Source: Anthoceros angustus (Eukaryota; Plantae; Anthocerotophyta). From it: 64,000 nucleotides of DNA. The notes under the pieces are model-generated. The model was not told where the DNA came from. It did not search any database and saw only the letters and a program-made list of their open reading frames with translations. Positions 23,708 through 37,854 of the stretch are shown here, in pieces. Positions within the stretch are counted from its first letter, which is position 1, and each line of letters opens with the position of its first letter. Location: positions 62,001 through 126,000 of the forward strand of contig VJWM01000203.1 of assembly GCA_010909165.1 (NCBI GenBank). The letters run 5' to 3'. A program made the position numbers and the translations under genes.

Positions 23708-26072
23708 TCACGGTCGACCCTTGCAACTGCAACAACCATTTGCAAATCGATGCACACGATACCCATCCCTTACAACAATGTCTCTCTGTTCAAGCCTTGA
23801 CATGATCTCCGTGGAAGTGTGGCAGTCACTGCACATGCGTAGATTCTTCGTTACCACCAGAGGTGTCCCACTGGAGTGTTCAAAAGACCAAACGCCAGAG
23901 CTAGCTTCTCAGCATGCCCACAAAGCGCATCTTCCTTTTCCTTCTCAGACAGTGGCTTCAACACCAACTTCGTGTGAGGTGTGTGCCCTCCTTCCTGCTT
24001 CAGGCGTGCATTTGTGAACTCCACCTTCAGCGCAATGTCGTCCCTTCTTTCTCCCACCGCAAACGTATGTACCTGCTTCTTCACCTCAATGGTCACCACT
24101 GCGGGTTTCTTGTTAGCCCCTGCTACCACTCGCTGTGTTTCAATCCTATCTACATCGGTCCACCTACCTGCATCTGCATACGCATTGGCCATGAGCACAT
24201 ATCCCGATGCATGCTGGGGCTCCAGTCTAACAAGGCTTTCAAAACACTGGGTCGCCCTCTGTATATCCCCGTGACTTTTGCAGGCATTGAGCAAAGACCT
24301 CAATCCTACAACATTACCTTGGCCCTCACATGATAATAATAGCATGTTCTCTGCCTCATCTAAATGTCCTGCGCGCCCAAGGAGATCAATCATGCAATTG
24401 TGCTGCTCAAGAGTAGGTTTCAGGCCATGCTGTTCTCCGATGGACCCAAACAGCTTACGACCCTCATCCACCAGTCCCTCATGAGTGCATGCTACCAGAA
24501 GGCAGGTAAAAGTAGCATCATCAGGCTGAACACCGGCAACTAACATCTCCTCAAAACAAGCTAGAGCCTTTTGACCTTCATCACAAGCACCATACCCTGC
24601 AATCAGGACATTCCATGTCACCACATCCTTCGAGGCCATGCTGTCAAAAACCTGGCGTGCATCTTCCAGTTCACCACACTTTGCATACATGTCCACAAGG
24701 CAGGTGCCCACCACTACGTCGTCCAGCAGTCCTCTTCACAATCTGTGAGTGCAGCTGCCTGCCCTTCTGTAAGGCGCCACTGCTTGCACAGGCCTTCAGA
24801 AGGCAAGCAAAAGTAACATGGTCAGCCAAAATAAGGCCCGCATCCTCCATTTGTGCATACAGAACAAGCGCCTCTCGGCCGAGCGCTTGCTCAGCATACC
24901 CAGCTATCAGGGCCTTCCATGTCACCACATCCTTTATGTTCATGCTGTCAAAGACCTGGCGTGCATCTTTCAGTTCACCACATTTTGCATACCCAGCTAT
25001 CAGGGCATTCCATGTCACCACATCCTTTGTGGCCATGCTGTCAAAAACCTGGCGTGCATCTTTCATTTTGCCACATTTTGCATACATGTCCACCAGGCAG
25101 TTGCCAACAAACAAGTTAGTAGGAATGCCACTGTGCACCACATCACAGTGCACTTTTCTGCCAGATTCCAAGTCGGCGGCAAATGCACAAGCTTGAAGGG
25201 CAGCTACAAAGACGTGAGCATCCGCCTTCACTCCTGACCTACGCATCTCATGGTACAGTTGTACGGCCTCATTAGGTTTCCCATGCTTAGCGTATGTGGA
25301 GATTATGGAAGACCACATGAAGGCATCCGGTTTACCCACTCTGGTGAGCACATCCATGGCCTCCTCCAGCCTACCTCCACATGCATACATGCGCAAGATA
25401 TGGTTCCCCAAGTATGCACTCGACTCGTACCCAAGTTTGACAGTGAGATCATGAACTCGTCGCCCCACAACCAAATCCTTCTTAGCTGTACAAAATTTCA
25501 GCACAGTGCAACACAGGGACTGGGAAATGGCAGAGCCTGTCTGTGCCAGAGATTCCAGGGCTCCAACGGCCTCAGAAAGCTTCCCCCGCTGACATAACGC
25601 GATCACGGTTACAGCCGTGACGACACCCATTTCCGCCTCCAGGACGCTCCGGCCCTGGAAGGAGAGGCACCATGACCCATCTGCATATCCAAGGAAACGA
25701 GCTGCTCATCAACCCAAGCTGGCTTAAACATGCTGTTTAACCACAGCACCTCGCCGGACCCTTACGCCGGAAGTCAGGCGAACGGGAGCTCTTCTTATCT
25801 CGTCTGTTGTCCCACCACAGGGTAGGGTCCAGAAAAAATTGTTGCCACAAGTGCTCCTGCTCCTGGCGACGACCACTGTTGGAAATCCCGTCCCCACCCA
25901 TACATTTTCTGGGAAGTGGAAGCGCTGGGCTCCTTACATTGCTGCACCTGGAGGCCTTGTGTGCCAGGGGTTGCCTCCCTAAGCTGTGGTGATCCGGAGC
26001 TCCTCGTAGAATCCCTGTACACACACCGATTTGTTGGGTGCACAACGGGTCTGGTTGCCATACTGTGGCCAT
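23708..26072 (-). CDS. PPR-DYW:KP gene 4 (1 PDF-like motif, 1 repeated triplet), frameshifted as assembled
   Basis: ORF pieces 25737-26072, 24671-25630 and 23851-24714. PDF at ~25710-25850, HAE motif present, KGRP* at 23708. Breaks are short deletions. Confidence 0.85.
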
Positions 26073-28348
26073 CTTCCAGCGACCGCTGTCGGACGATGAT
26101 AACAGAGGCTACAACTACAGACTATGGCAGGTTGCCCAGGTAAGAGAGGTACATAAATTCGATTCCGCATAGGTGACACGGTGGTGGTGAGAGGTGGATC
26201 AGTGTAAGCCATCCATGTCGACCCATTTCTCAAGTTTGGGCAGGGATGCAATTAGGCAAGGACGTTCACGCCCAAGGAAGGAAGCAATAGGTAGTCTCTA
26301 AGGTAGGTAGACACTTGAGCACCCGCTAGCTCGGAGCGGCCTGATGTGGGAAAACGGCACCGGCACCGGCGAGCAGCAATTGTACATGGTCCCATCCCCG
26401 TTCGATTTTACGGTTTCCGTTATGGATCTGAGGTACGGCGAATTACGAACAGCTCTGTAAAACGTATCATCATCATGTGGCATGTGGCATGTGGCATGTG
26501 GCATGTGGCATGTGGCATGTAGCGGGCAAGCCCGTGAACCGCGACTCTGAGGAATCGAACTGATCTTGGTAACCCCAACCACCAGTCGGCGGTGCCCTTA
26601 TTACCTACCTACGGCGATGAAGTAAGTCTAGAAGGGGTGGAGGTTAGCTCAAAAGGTTTTTTCTCTAGCCACAACTCTGCCAGCCACACTCTTGTTTCTT
26701 TAGAGTGAATTAGATTGAGTTTTATATTCCTGTATAAAGTAAACCTGATAGCCTGGCACAGGGGATAGAAAATTGAAGATCTTTGACGCCATTCATATCA
26801 ATGTCAATTCAAAGAATTGACATTGGCTCCTTCCTGTGGAGAGTGGTGGTGCTCCTTCCGTGGAGAGTGGTGGTGCTCCTTCCTGTGGAGATAGATGTTC
26901 CTTCCTGTGGAGAGTGGTGGTGTTCCTTCCTGTGGAGAGTGGTGGTGCTCCTTCCTGTGGAGAGTTGTGTTCCTTCCTATGTAGGACCTATCTTGGGAGT
27001 GGTTTGCTGAGGCGGTGCTCTCTTCGCTCGCGTATCTATATATTAAATCTTGATGTATGTGAGCTCCACTATATTCAAATATCATATATCCATCACAAAG
27101 CTTCTATGCTATGTCATCGAGGGCAATGATCTTGGCTAGGGCTCCTCTATCCTCAAGATGTTAAGCCTTATATATCAAGGGAGCATATGAACTTATTATT
27201 TAAAGACAGCCGGATGTCTGGTTGCCATACTGTGGCCATCTTCCAGCGACCGCTGTCGGACGATGATAACAGAGGCTACAACTACAGACTATGGCAGGTT
27301 GCCCAGGTAAGAGAGGTACATAAATTCGATTCCGCATAGGTGACACGGTGGTGGTGAGAGGTGGATCAGTGTAAGCCATCCATGTCGACCCATTTCTCAA
27401 GTTTGGGCAGGGATGCAATTAGGCAAGGACGTTCACGCCCAAGGAAGGAAGCAATAGGTAGTCTCTAAGGTAGGTAGACACTTGAGCACCCGCTAGCTCG
27501 GAGCGGCCCGATGTGGGAAAACGGCACCGGCACCGGCGAGCAGCAAATTGTACATGGTCCCATCCCCGTTCGATTTTACGGTTTCCGTTATGGATCTGAG
27601 GTACGGCGAATTACGAACAGCTCTGTAAAACGTATCATCATCATGTGGCATGTGGCATGTGGCATGTGGCATGTGGCATGTAGCGGGCAAGCCCGTGAAC
27701 CGCGACTCTGAGGAATCGAACTGATCTTGGTAACCCCAACCACCAGTCGGCGGTGCCTTATTACCTACCTACGGCGATGAAGTAAGTCTAGAAGGGGTGG
27801 AGGTTAGCTCAAAAGGTTTTTTCTCTAGCCACAACTCTGCCAGCCACACTCTTGTTTCTTTAGAGTGAATTAGATTGAGTTTTATATTCCTGTATAAAGT
27901 AAACCTGATAGCCTGGCACAGGGGATAGAAAATTGAAGATCTTTGACGCCATTCATATCAATGTCAATTCAAAGAATTGACATTGGCTCTCGTGGAGAGT
28001 GGTGGTGCTCCTTCCGTGAGAGTGGTGGTGCTCCCGTGGAGATAGATGTTCCTTCCGTGGAGAGTGGTGGTGTTCCCGTGGAGAGTGGTGGTGCTCCTTC
28101 CCGTGAGAGTTGTGTTCCTTCTATGTAGGACCTATCTTGGGAGTGGTTTGTCGAGGCGGTGCTCTCTTCGCTCGCGTATCTATATATTAAATCTTGATGT
28201 ATGTGAGCTCCACTATATTCAAATATCATATATCCATCACAAAGCTTCTATGCTATGTCATCGAGGGCAATGATCTTGGCTAGGCCCTCTATCCTCAAGA
28301 TGTTAAGCCTTATATATCAAGGAGCATATGAACTTATTATTTAAAGAC
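26050..28348. repeat. ~1.15 kb tandem duplication including the start and upstream region of gene 4
   Basis: 26050-27200 is nearly identical to 27217-28348. Each copy has (tgtggca)n and gtggagagtggtggtgctccttcc minisatellites. Confidence 0.9.
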
Positions 28349-28669
28349 CGGAGCTGATGCTGTTGTGTTGGAGAACTAGGGGTTGAAACCCTCGGTGGAA
28401 TATGTGCCGTTGGCAGATAAATTGAAGATCCAAGGCATAGAACCTTTTGAGGATAAAGTGAAGATTGACAAGGCATGGTACATCTTGGGTGACATGGTTC
28501 TTAAGCTATATGGAATGAGCCAATGGTTGGGAAGATATTTTCACATTCGAATCGAGGTGAAGATAAGGGATGTTATCCAATTACAAGCTCATTATATTGG
28601 CGCTTTGAGTGTGAAAGCTAATTACATGTGCAGGAGTTAATCTTTTATATATTGGCTACTTGGAGGGCT

Positions 28670-28880
28670 AGGCCCTAGATGTTGCGGCTGAGTGTTATGC
28701 CCTAGGTGTTGCGGCTGATGCTGGGCCCTAGATGTTGCGGTTCAGTGTTATGCCCTAGATGTTGCGGTTGAGTGTTATGCCCTAGGTGTTGCGGTTGAGT
28801 GTTATGCCCTAGGTGTTATGCCCTAGATGTTGCGGTTGAGTGTTATGCCCTAGGTGTTGCGGCTGCTGGCCCTAGATGTT
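28670..28880. repeat. ~27-bp imperfect tandem repeat (tgttgcggttgagtgttatgccctagr), ~7 units
   Basis: Directly visible. Lies just 5' of the CRE-like element. Confidence 0.85.
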
Positions 28881-28899
28881 TGCGATTGATTGATGGTAC

Positions 28900-31800
28900 C
28901 CTCAGGGCCCTTTGGCCGGCCTTTCGCCCACGGAGCTCAAACTCAGATGTCCGGTCCAGTGGGTCATTTTGCCCTCGGTCCCCCGGCTCTGCATACCCTT
29001 CAATCGGCGCTTGCAGCCCTTTTCGCCCCCATCCAATGGGGCGATCCACACCTCCGTGGATCGCCAAGGACACCTCCCCTCCTTTCAACTCATGCGGCAA
29101 GGGGTGAAAACTCACCGCACATGCATAAAGATTTCACTGCACTACCTGCCCAAGTGCACCGCGACCTCCTCCACGTCTCGCCCGCTTTGGCGCAAGAGCT
29201 TGGTGCCTCTTTCTTCCGGAATGGTTGCGAGTCACCGGATCACATCCTTGGGATGTTCAAACCCGCTTCCATGTCCGCGATCTTCCGCAGCTTCCTCGGA
29301 CCTTCACGATGATGCCGTCGGCATTTTGCCTTCCCTAGATCGCCTTGCACTCGATCCGGATGAGTTAGCTTGGTGTCTCCTCCTTCTTCTCCCGATGGTG
29401 TCTTCTGCACTAGGGGAGCCGCACCGTGAAGTTGCTAGCCGCTCGCGTGGTCGGGCGATCGGGCGGCTCTTCAGAGGAGGTCAGTGCGTCGCCAAGTCCC
29501 GGAATCGCCGAAGTTGAACAGTACGTAATGCAACAAACCTACGCCGCTGCAAGTTGCTTGGCCAGGCGGGTGAATATGCCCGCGCTGCTAGGGCTCTTCG
29601 ACCCGTCCCTCTGGCCCCCGCTTCACAAGAGACAATTGCTCCTCCGTGCCTCCATCCGCCACCTAGGATGCCATTCCCGGACATATCCGACTATGTCCCG
29701 AGGATCCTTCTCCCTGACCGGCGGCTTTTGCTCGCTCTCTCCACAACCCTCGCCTTTCATCCGCCGGTTTGTGGAATGGTGTTCGAACACCTTAGGGACC
29801 TCTTTCTCCTCAAGATCCATCTAGCGGCTTCCGAGCTCTTTCTCCTGCTGCCGCGGTGGCTCGTGGAGAGATGCCTCACCGGATTTCATTTTGCTAGTAG
29901 GCTTGTCGCTATGGACAAGCTGCCTGCTCAAGGCGCCCACTGGGTTGGGAGGCCTTCATGCGGCTACTCACCGCACTATCGCCTCGCAGGCCTCCTTCTC
30001 CAAGAAGACTTCAACCCCTTCAATTTGGCATTGCCACTCCGGCCGTAGGTGCTAGGGGTGAAAGCTTGCCTTGATACCCACCCGGATTGGGTAGTCTTAC
30101 GTGGATGTCGAGAACGCCTTCAATACCATTTTGAGCGTCATCTTTGAGGAGCTTAGGGATGTGGCGGCCCTAGGGAGTCTTATACCCTTTGTCCGGTTTC
30201 TACGGAGGTCCTCCAACCTCTACTACCAAAGACAAGAACGTCTCTTCGTGTTTCGCTGCCTCCGCCTTGAATCCCATGTGTACTGTGCAAGGCGACCCGC
30301 TAGGCGGTGCTCTCTCGCTATTGCTCACTATAGGGCCCTAGGGCCGCCTCCGCTGGACGTGTCTTCCCTTCTGCGACTCTCACATCCTCGGCCTGGGACA
30401 AAGTCAAGGAGGCCTTTGAGATATTCTCCGAGCCACAGGGCTTGAAGGTCAAGATGTCCAAGTGCTGCTCGTCTCCGCCGGGATCCCGCCACTACTGCAG
30501 GCTGGGAGATTGCTCCGGCTCTTGGTCTGCGGATTCTTGGGGTCCCCTTTGGTTCCCCCGACTTCATTGGGAGCTTCCTGGACAAGGCCCTTGCAGAGGA
30601 CCTCTCCCATATTGAAGACCTCCCTTTGCTGGAGGATGCTCAGGTGGCCTTTGGAATCCTTTCCTTCTGTTTCGCTAGGCGCCACTTATTCAGAGGCCGC
30701 CTCCGTCCCTTTGTCCCGCCCGGGTTTGATACGAAGATTATGGATACTCTTGGGGACATCTTGGGCCTGGGGCTTTTGAGTGCCCTGGGCGACTGGCTCC
30801 GGGCAAGCATCCCCGCTGTGCAATTTGGAGGCGAGGACCGCCTCATCGAGGTCTCTTCCCGCGGCTTTCTTGGGAGTTGGGCCCTCTGCCTCGCCTTGGC
30901 TTCCTGCTTCATCCTCCATGACAAGCCCTTTCTCGAGGATCTCGTATCAAGTGTGGAGGAGGGAACCTTCTCTCTCAATCGCCCTTGAGGCAGCCGAGAC
31001 ATGTTATCGCAGATGCTCAAGGACTTCCTCCTTTCTACATTTATCATCGATGGCTTTAGGGATTGCGCATCTCGCCGAGCCGCTGCTACCGTCTCCTCCA
31101 GACCCTCCATCTCTGTGTCCACTAGAGCGGCTTTTGTTCGGGAAGGGAGTGTGCCACCGCCCGCCCATGCATACGGGATTTCACATCGCACCAACCACCT
31201 TCACATCGCGATGCGATCTGCCTCGGCCCACAGGGCTTCTTCGCCCCTCACTTGTGAGTGCGGCTCGCCTTGACGCCTCGTGTCCACCTTGCTCGTTGTC
31301 CCCACGGGGTCATCGATTGCCACCACGACGCCATCCGTGACGCCATGTTTGCCATTGCTCGCGAAAGTGGCTATATGGCTGGAGGGAGCGGAGTATACTC
31401 TTCTTACAGTCGCTCAATCGTATGACTTATACCTTGTCCGTGGCGACCGGTTGTGGTGGCGGATGTAGTGGATCGACCCTGCACGTGACGCCACCTCCGC
31501 TCAGGTCATCACCAACCGCCCAGCCGGGCGCCGCCGTGCGGCTCAAGGTCCGCAAGTATAGCAGGATGCAAGCGGGCCACCTCTTTATCCCGCTTGCTCT
31601 AGAAACGTATGGGGCAATGGCTGAGGACTTTGACAAATTCATCAAGTCTTGTGCCAAAGCTTACCATGCGCAAGCAGTATAGTGCTGTCCTCTCGTACAC
31701 AAAGATACTCCGAGGGTTTCTATTGCTCTTCAAGCGCCTCAACGGCGATTCTCCATAAGGCGGCGGTGGGTGATGCCTTTTCCTCTTCCTCCGTGGTTTG

Positions 31801-31900
31801 GTGCCGCTTATTCTACCTCGCATATGACATTGTGGGTGCGCTTGGTCACTTTAGGTAGGGAGCTCGCTTGCTCCTCTTCACTCCGACCCCCGGGTCCCCA
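28900..31900 (+). mobile_element. Non-LTR retrotransposon of the restriction-like-endonuclease type (CRE-like), degenerate
   Basis: RT motifs DVENAFNTI (30104), QGDPLG (~30288) and GFLGSPL; CECG...HL..CP zinc knuckle (~31250-31310); KVRKY...HLFIPLALETYGA endonuclease (~31545-31620). Heavily frameshifted. Confidence 0.75.
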
Positions 31901-33993
31901 TTTGTTGTCCCTTCCTAGATGGTCTCTTTCCATCGTTCTTTCACCTCAACAAATCATCACTTCTTTTCCTATAATTCTAATGTGAGACTATTTTATTCAA
32001 AGAATTGATATGTATCGAAAAGGAGTACAACTAATTGAAATGATCGTCGTTTGCCACGAGAGTGAAGATTAAATAAAGATGTTGTAGATAACCTGTGGTG
32101 TAGATGTGATAACGATAGTTCAAGCTTGAATGAAGACGTTATAGATAACCTGTGGTGCAGATATGATGACGATGGCTCAGAAGCTTGAAGACCTCATGAA
32201 CATTGTGTGCCTTTGTGTGTCAGATGGCTCAGAAGCTTGAAGACCTCATGAACATTGTGTGCCTTTGTGTGCCTTTGTGTGTCAGTAGTGCATGGAGAGT
32301 GGTGTGGGTGCACATGCTTCTTGTGGGCATTTTAGTTATGTTTGAACTCAAGTGTCTGACCTACAAGTGCCTAAGTTGTGTTAAATTTAAGTTTACACTG
32401 ACTGCAAAGAATTGTATGTTGTGTATGTGCGCAATGCAAAGATTGTCGTGCAAAAAATGTTCCCTTAGGGAAACTTTGTGTAGCTTTGCCTACTTTGTAG
32501 ATTTGATTTGATCTGTCTTTGTATGCATGATGAGATACTAGCTGCGGTCTTCGATCTGCTCAACGCTCCGAGTGGCACACGGCAGATGGTAACAAAAACC
32601 TAGGCATGTGCAATGCAAAGTGCAGGGACTTGCCAGGAGTTCCATGGGTGCAAATGGTTTGTTGCGTTTGTAAGGGTAGGCCCTCAGCGCTCATTTGGCT
32701 GTGACTTGTGTTTGCGGAACTCCAACCCGAGATGGACACGCGGGACCTCTCATCGTAACACAACGAATCAGAAGGTGCCACGCTGGCATCGGGAAAAAAT
32801 AGGAGAGATGATGGGCATTGTCCGCTATGACCGTTCACGGTGCCCCGGCCGTCAGCAGGTTTGTTACATCACATTGGGTTGTGTTCCAGCGCCTCCTGAC
32901 TTTGCCCGTCTCGACCCCCGTCCTCCTCGCTGCCCCGGTTATGTCCTGACAAATCTTCGCCAGGGAACTGCAGAGTCCGCACAGCAGCCATGGGAACTGT
33001 GTGCATAGAGTATGTCGCGTCTTAGGCTGCGGAATGGAGCCAGCTCGTATGGTGTGGTCAGGCACAGCAACCCGGGTATTCCCCTCACCTTGGGGCGGGG
33101 CGCGTTGGTTTCCCTTGTGCGAAACCCCGACACTCCAGACCCTCTGTTAGGATGTGCACAACGGCAGGCTGGTTGCGCTTTCAACCACCGCCAAAAAACC
33201 TGTGACAGGAGGCCATGACCTGAACGGTGAAAAGTATATTTGTGAATCCACATCGTGTACGTAGAATGCATCTTCTTCTTCTACATGTTGCACAACATGA
33301 ACCTCTTCATCAATGGGCTGGTTGGGGCTCACCTCTGGTCCAAGTCCCGATTCTACGACAGCAGAAAAAGGAAGCGTATCTTCTGGAAAGGGATGAGGGA
33401 GCTCATTGCCAAGCCTGGACACCCCGGCAAAATGTTCCAAATTGAGGTGCTGACATGAGACGAGCTAATGGACACAACTATGTACTTGCCCACGCAGCTT
33501 GCATGGTGTGTGTGACTGCCACCTGTTGGAGCCCTGCGACGTCGTCCAACTTGGGGGCAATTCCTTCATCATCAGCTGACCTTAGCAGCGCCAAGTCAAG
33601 AATGACCATGCGTGGAAGAAGGTTGCTGGTGCCAATGCTACATTCTCCGGTGCAGGTGCAGGTGCAGGTGCCAATGCTTTCTCTAGGTGCAGTCCAGCCT
33701 TGCTGTTGTGAAGCATTTTGCCAGGTTCTGAGCACAACTTAATTGCCCGCTGTTCAGCAGCTTTGTGGGCACTGCCATTCACCGTCCAGGTCAGTCCACC
33801 AACCCTGTCGTGGATGCTGTGAAAGCTGTGTGTTAGTGCGCGTAGAGGGCACGCGCTTGTGAGCGGCCTTCTCTTGTCCATGCACCTCTGAACTACCTAT
33901 ACGCCCGCATGGTGTGGTCATACTCAGTACAGTACCTGGGCATTCTGCCATAGTGTGTTGTTAGACTCATCTTCCGACTGCGGTCCCTGAGCT

Positions 33994-36900
33994 ATGGCCA
34001 CAGTGTGGCAACCGGACCTCTCGTGGACCCAACAAATTGTTGTGTGTACAAGGATTCTACGAGTAGCTCACGATCACCATAGCTTAGGGAGGCAACCCCT
34101 GGCAAACAAGGCCTCCAGGTGCAGCAGAGTAAGGAGACCACCACTTCCGCTTCCCAGAAAAAGTATGGGTGGGGGCGGGATTTCTAACCATGGTCATCGC
34201 CAGGTGCAGGAGCACTTGTGGCAACAATTTTTTCTGGATCCTTCCACGTGGTGGGACAACAGACGAGATAAGAAGAGCTCCCGTTCGCCTGACTTTCGGC
34301 GTAAGGGGTCCGGCGAGGTCCTGTGGTTGAACAGCATGTTCAAGCCAGCGTGGGTTGATGAGCAGCTGGTTTCCTTGGATATGCAGATGGGTCATGGTGG
34401 CTCTCCTTCCGAGTCCAGCTCTCCGGATAAGCCTGGACCTGGGACGCATGCAAGATCGGAATTGGGCGTCGTAACGGCTGGAACTGTGAGCATGTTATGT
34501 CAGCAGGGAAAGCTTTCTGCGGCCGTTGGAGCCCTGGAATCTCTGGCGCAGACAGACTCTACTATATCTCAGTCTCTGTTTTGTACTGTGCTAAAACTGT
34601 GTGCAGCTAAGAAGGATTTGGTTGTGGGGCGACGAGTGCATGATCTCTGTGTCAAACTTGGGTGCGAGTCGATTGCATACGTGGGGAACCATATCTTGCG
34701 CATGTATGCATGTGGAGGCAGGCTAGAGGAGGCCATGGATGTGTTCACCAGGGTGGGCAAACCAGATGCCTTCATGTGGTTTCCATAATCTGCACATGCT
34801 AAACATGGGAAACCTAATGAGGCCATACAACTGTACCATGAGATGCGTAGGTCAGGAGTGAAGGCGGATGCTCACGTCTTTGTAGCTGCCCTTCAAGCTT
34901 GTGCATTTGCCGCCGACTTGGAATCTGGCAGAAAGTGCACTGTGATGTGGTGCAGTGGCATTCCTACTAACTTGTTTGTTGGCAACTGCCTGGTGGACAT
35001 GTATGCAAAATGTGGCGAACTGAAAGATGCACGCCAGGTTTTTGACAGCATGGCCACAAAGGATGTGGTGACATGGAATGCCCTGATATCTGGGTATGCA
35101 TGTGGTGAACTGGAAGATGCACGCCAGGTTTTTGACAGCATGCATGTGGTGACATGGAATGCCCTGATAGCTGGGTATGCAGCAAGGACTCGGACATGAG
35201 GCGCTTGTTGTATGGACAAATGGAGCAGGAGGGCCTGATTTTGGCTAACCATGTTACTTTTGCTTGCCTTCTGAAGGCCTGTGCAAGCACTGGTGCCTTA
35301 CAGAAGGGCAGGCAGCTGCACTCACAGATTGTGGAAGAGGACTGCTGGATGACGTAGTGGTGGGCACCTGCCTGGTGGACATGTATGCAAAATGTGGGAA
35401 ACTGGAAGATGCACGCCAGGTTTTTGACAGCTTGGCCACAAAGAATGTGGTGACATGGACGGCCCTGATTGCTGGGTATGCCCAGCAAGGGCTCGGACAT
35501 GAGGCACTTGTTGTGTATGGACAAATGGAGCAGGAGGGCCTGATTTTGGCTGACCATGTTACTTTTGCTTGCCTTCTGAAGGCCTGTGCAAGCACTGGTG
35601 CCTTACAGAAGGGCAGGCAGCTGCACTCACAGATTGTGGAAAGAGGACTGCTGGATAATGTAGTGGTGGGCACTGCCTGGTGGACATGTATGCAAAATGT
35701 GGTGAACTGGAAGATGCACGCCAGGTTTTTGACAGCTTGGCACAAAGGATGTGGTGACATGGACCCTGATTGCTGGGTATGCACAGCAAGGACTCGGCCA
35801 AGAGGCGCTTGTGTATGGACAAATGGAGGAGGCGGGCCTCATTTTGGCTGACCATGTTACTTTTGCTTGCCTTCTGAAGGCCTGTGCAAGCACTGGTGCC
35901 TTACAGAAGGGCAGGCAGCTGCACTCACAGATTGTGAAAGAGGACTGCTGGATGATGTAGTGGTGGGCACTGCCTGGTGGACATGTATGCAAAATGTGGT
36001 GAACTGGAAGATGCACGCCAGGTTTTTGACAGCTTGGCACAAAGGATGTGGTGACATGGACTGCTCTGATTGCTGGGTATGCACAACAAGGACTCGGTCA
36101 AGAGGCGCTTGATGTGTATGAACGAATGGAGGAGGCGGGCCTCATTCTGGCTGACCATGTTACTTTTGGTTGCCTTCTGAAGGCCTGTGGAAGCACTGGT
36201 GCCTTACAGAAGGGCAGGCAGCTGCACTCACAGATTGTTGGAAGAGGACTGCTGGATGAGGTTGTGGTGGGCAACTGCCTGGTGGACATGTATTCAAAAT
36301 GTGGTGAACTGGAAGATGCACGCCAGGTTTTTGACAGCTTGGCCACAAAGGATGTGGTTACATGGAATGCCCTGATTGCTGGGTATGCACAGCAAGGACT
36401 CGGCCAAGAGGCGCTTGTTGTGTATGGACAAATGGAGCAGGAGGCCTCATTTTGGCTGACCATGTTACTTTTGCTTGCCTTCTGAAGGCCTGTGCAAGCA
36501 CTGGTGCCTTACAGAAGGGCAGGCAGCTGCACTCACAGATTGTGGAAGAGGACTGCTGGATGACGTAGTGGTGGGCAACTGCCTGGTGGACATGTATGCA
36601 AAATGTGGTGAACTGGAAGATGCACGCCAGGTTTTTGACAGCTTGGCACAAAGGATGTGGTGACATGGAATGCCCTGATATTGCTGGGTATGCACAGCAA
36701 GGACTCGGACATGAGGCGCTTGTTATGGACAAATGGAGCAGGAGGGCCTGATTTTGGCTGACCATGTTACTTTTGCTTGCCTTCTGAAGGCCTGTGCAAG
36801 CACTGGTGCCTTACAGAAGGGCAGGCAGCTGCACTCACAGATTGTGGAAAGAGGACTGCTGGATGAGTGGTGGGCAACTGCCTGGTGGACATGTATGCAA

Positions 36901-37854
36901 AATGTGGTGAACTGGAAGATGCACGCCAGGTTTTTGACACAGCCACAAAGGATGTGGTGACATGGAATGCCCTGATATCTGGGTATGGTACTTGTGATGA
37001 AGGTCACAAGGCACTAGCTTGTTTTGAGGAGATGTTAGTTGCTGGTATTCAGCCTAATGATGCTACTTTTACTTGCCTTTTAGTAGCATGCAGTCATGAG
37101 GGACTGGTGGATGAGGGTCGCAAGCACTTTGATTCGATGGCTGAACAGCATGGCATCAAACCAACAACTGAGCACTACAATTGCATGATTGATCTTCTTG
37201 GTCGTGCAGGCCATTTAGATGAGGCGGAAAACATGGTCTTATCATGCGAGGACCAAAGTAATGTTGTGGGGTTGACGTCTTTGTTGAATGCCTGCAAAAG
37301 TCACGGGGATATAGAGAGCGGTGTGGTGTTTTGAAAGCATTGTTAGCTGGAAGGATGCATCATATGTGCTCATGGCCAATGCCTATGCAGATGCAGGTAG
37401 GTGGATCGATGTAGACAGAATTGAAACAGAGAGAATCGTAGCAGGAGCTAACAAGAAACCTGCAGTCGCCAGCATTGAGGTGAATAAGCAGGTACATACA
37501 TTTGGGTGGAGAAAGAGAGATGATATTGCGCTCAAGGTAGAGAGCACAAATGCGCGGCTGAAGCAGGAAGGGGGACATGTACCACAGACAAAGTTGGTGT
37601 TGAAGCCGCTGTCTGAGAGGGAAAAGGAAGATCTGCTTTGCGGGCACGCTGAGAAGCTAGCTTTGGCGTTTGGTCTCTTGAACACTCCCACTGGGGCACC
37701 TCTGGTGGTAACAAAGAATCTGCGCATGTGCAGTGACTGCCACAGTTCTACCGAGATCATGTCAAGGCTTGAACAGAGAGACATTGTTGTCAGGGATGGG
37801 TACCGTGTGCATCGATTTGCTAATGGTTGTTGCAGTTGTAAGGGTCGACCGTGA
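33994..37854 (+). CDS. PPR-DYW:KP gene 5 (1 PDF-like motif, 6 repeated triplets), frameshifted as assembled
   Basis: ORF 33994-34788 carries WQQFFLDPSTWWDNRRDKKSSRSPDFRRK (~34216-34356) in frame with the first PPR motifs. ORF 37321-37854 ends HAE...CSDCH...CSCKGRP. Breaks are mostly short deletions. Confidence 0.9.

Noticed and set aside
28670-28880. ~27-bp repeats as a CRISPR array
   Set aside because: Head-to-tail minisatellite without spacers.
32500-33460. Possible gene remnant (short ORFs including 33255-33458)
   Set aside because: No recognisable motif or second copy, so no call can be supported.
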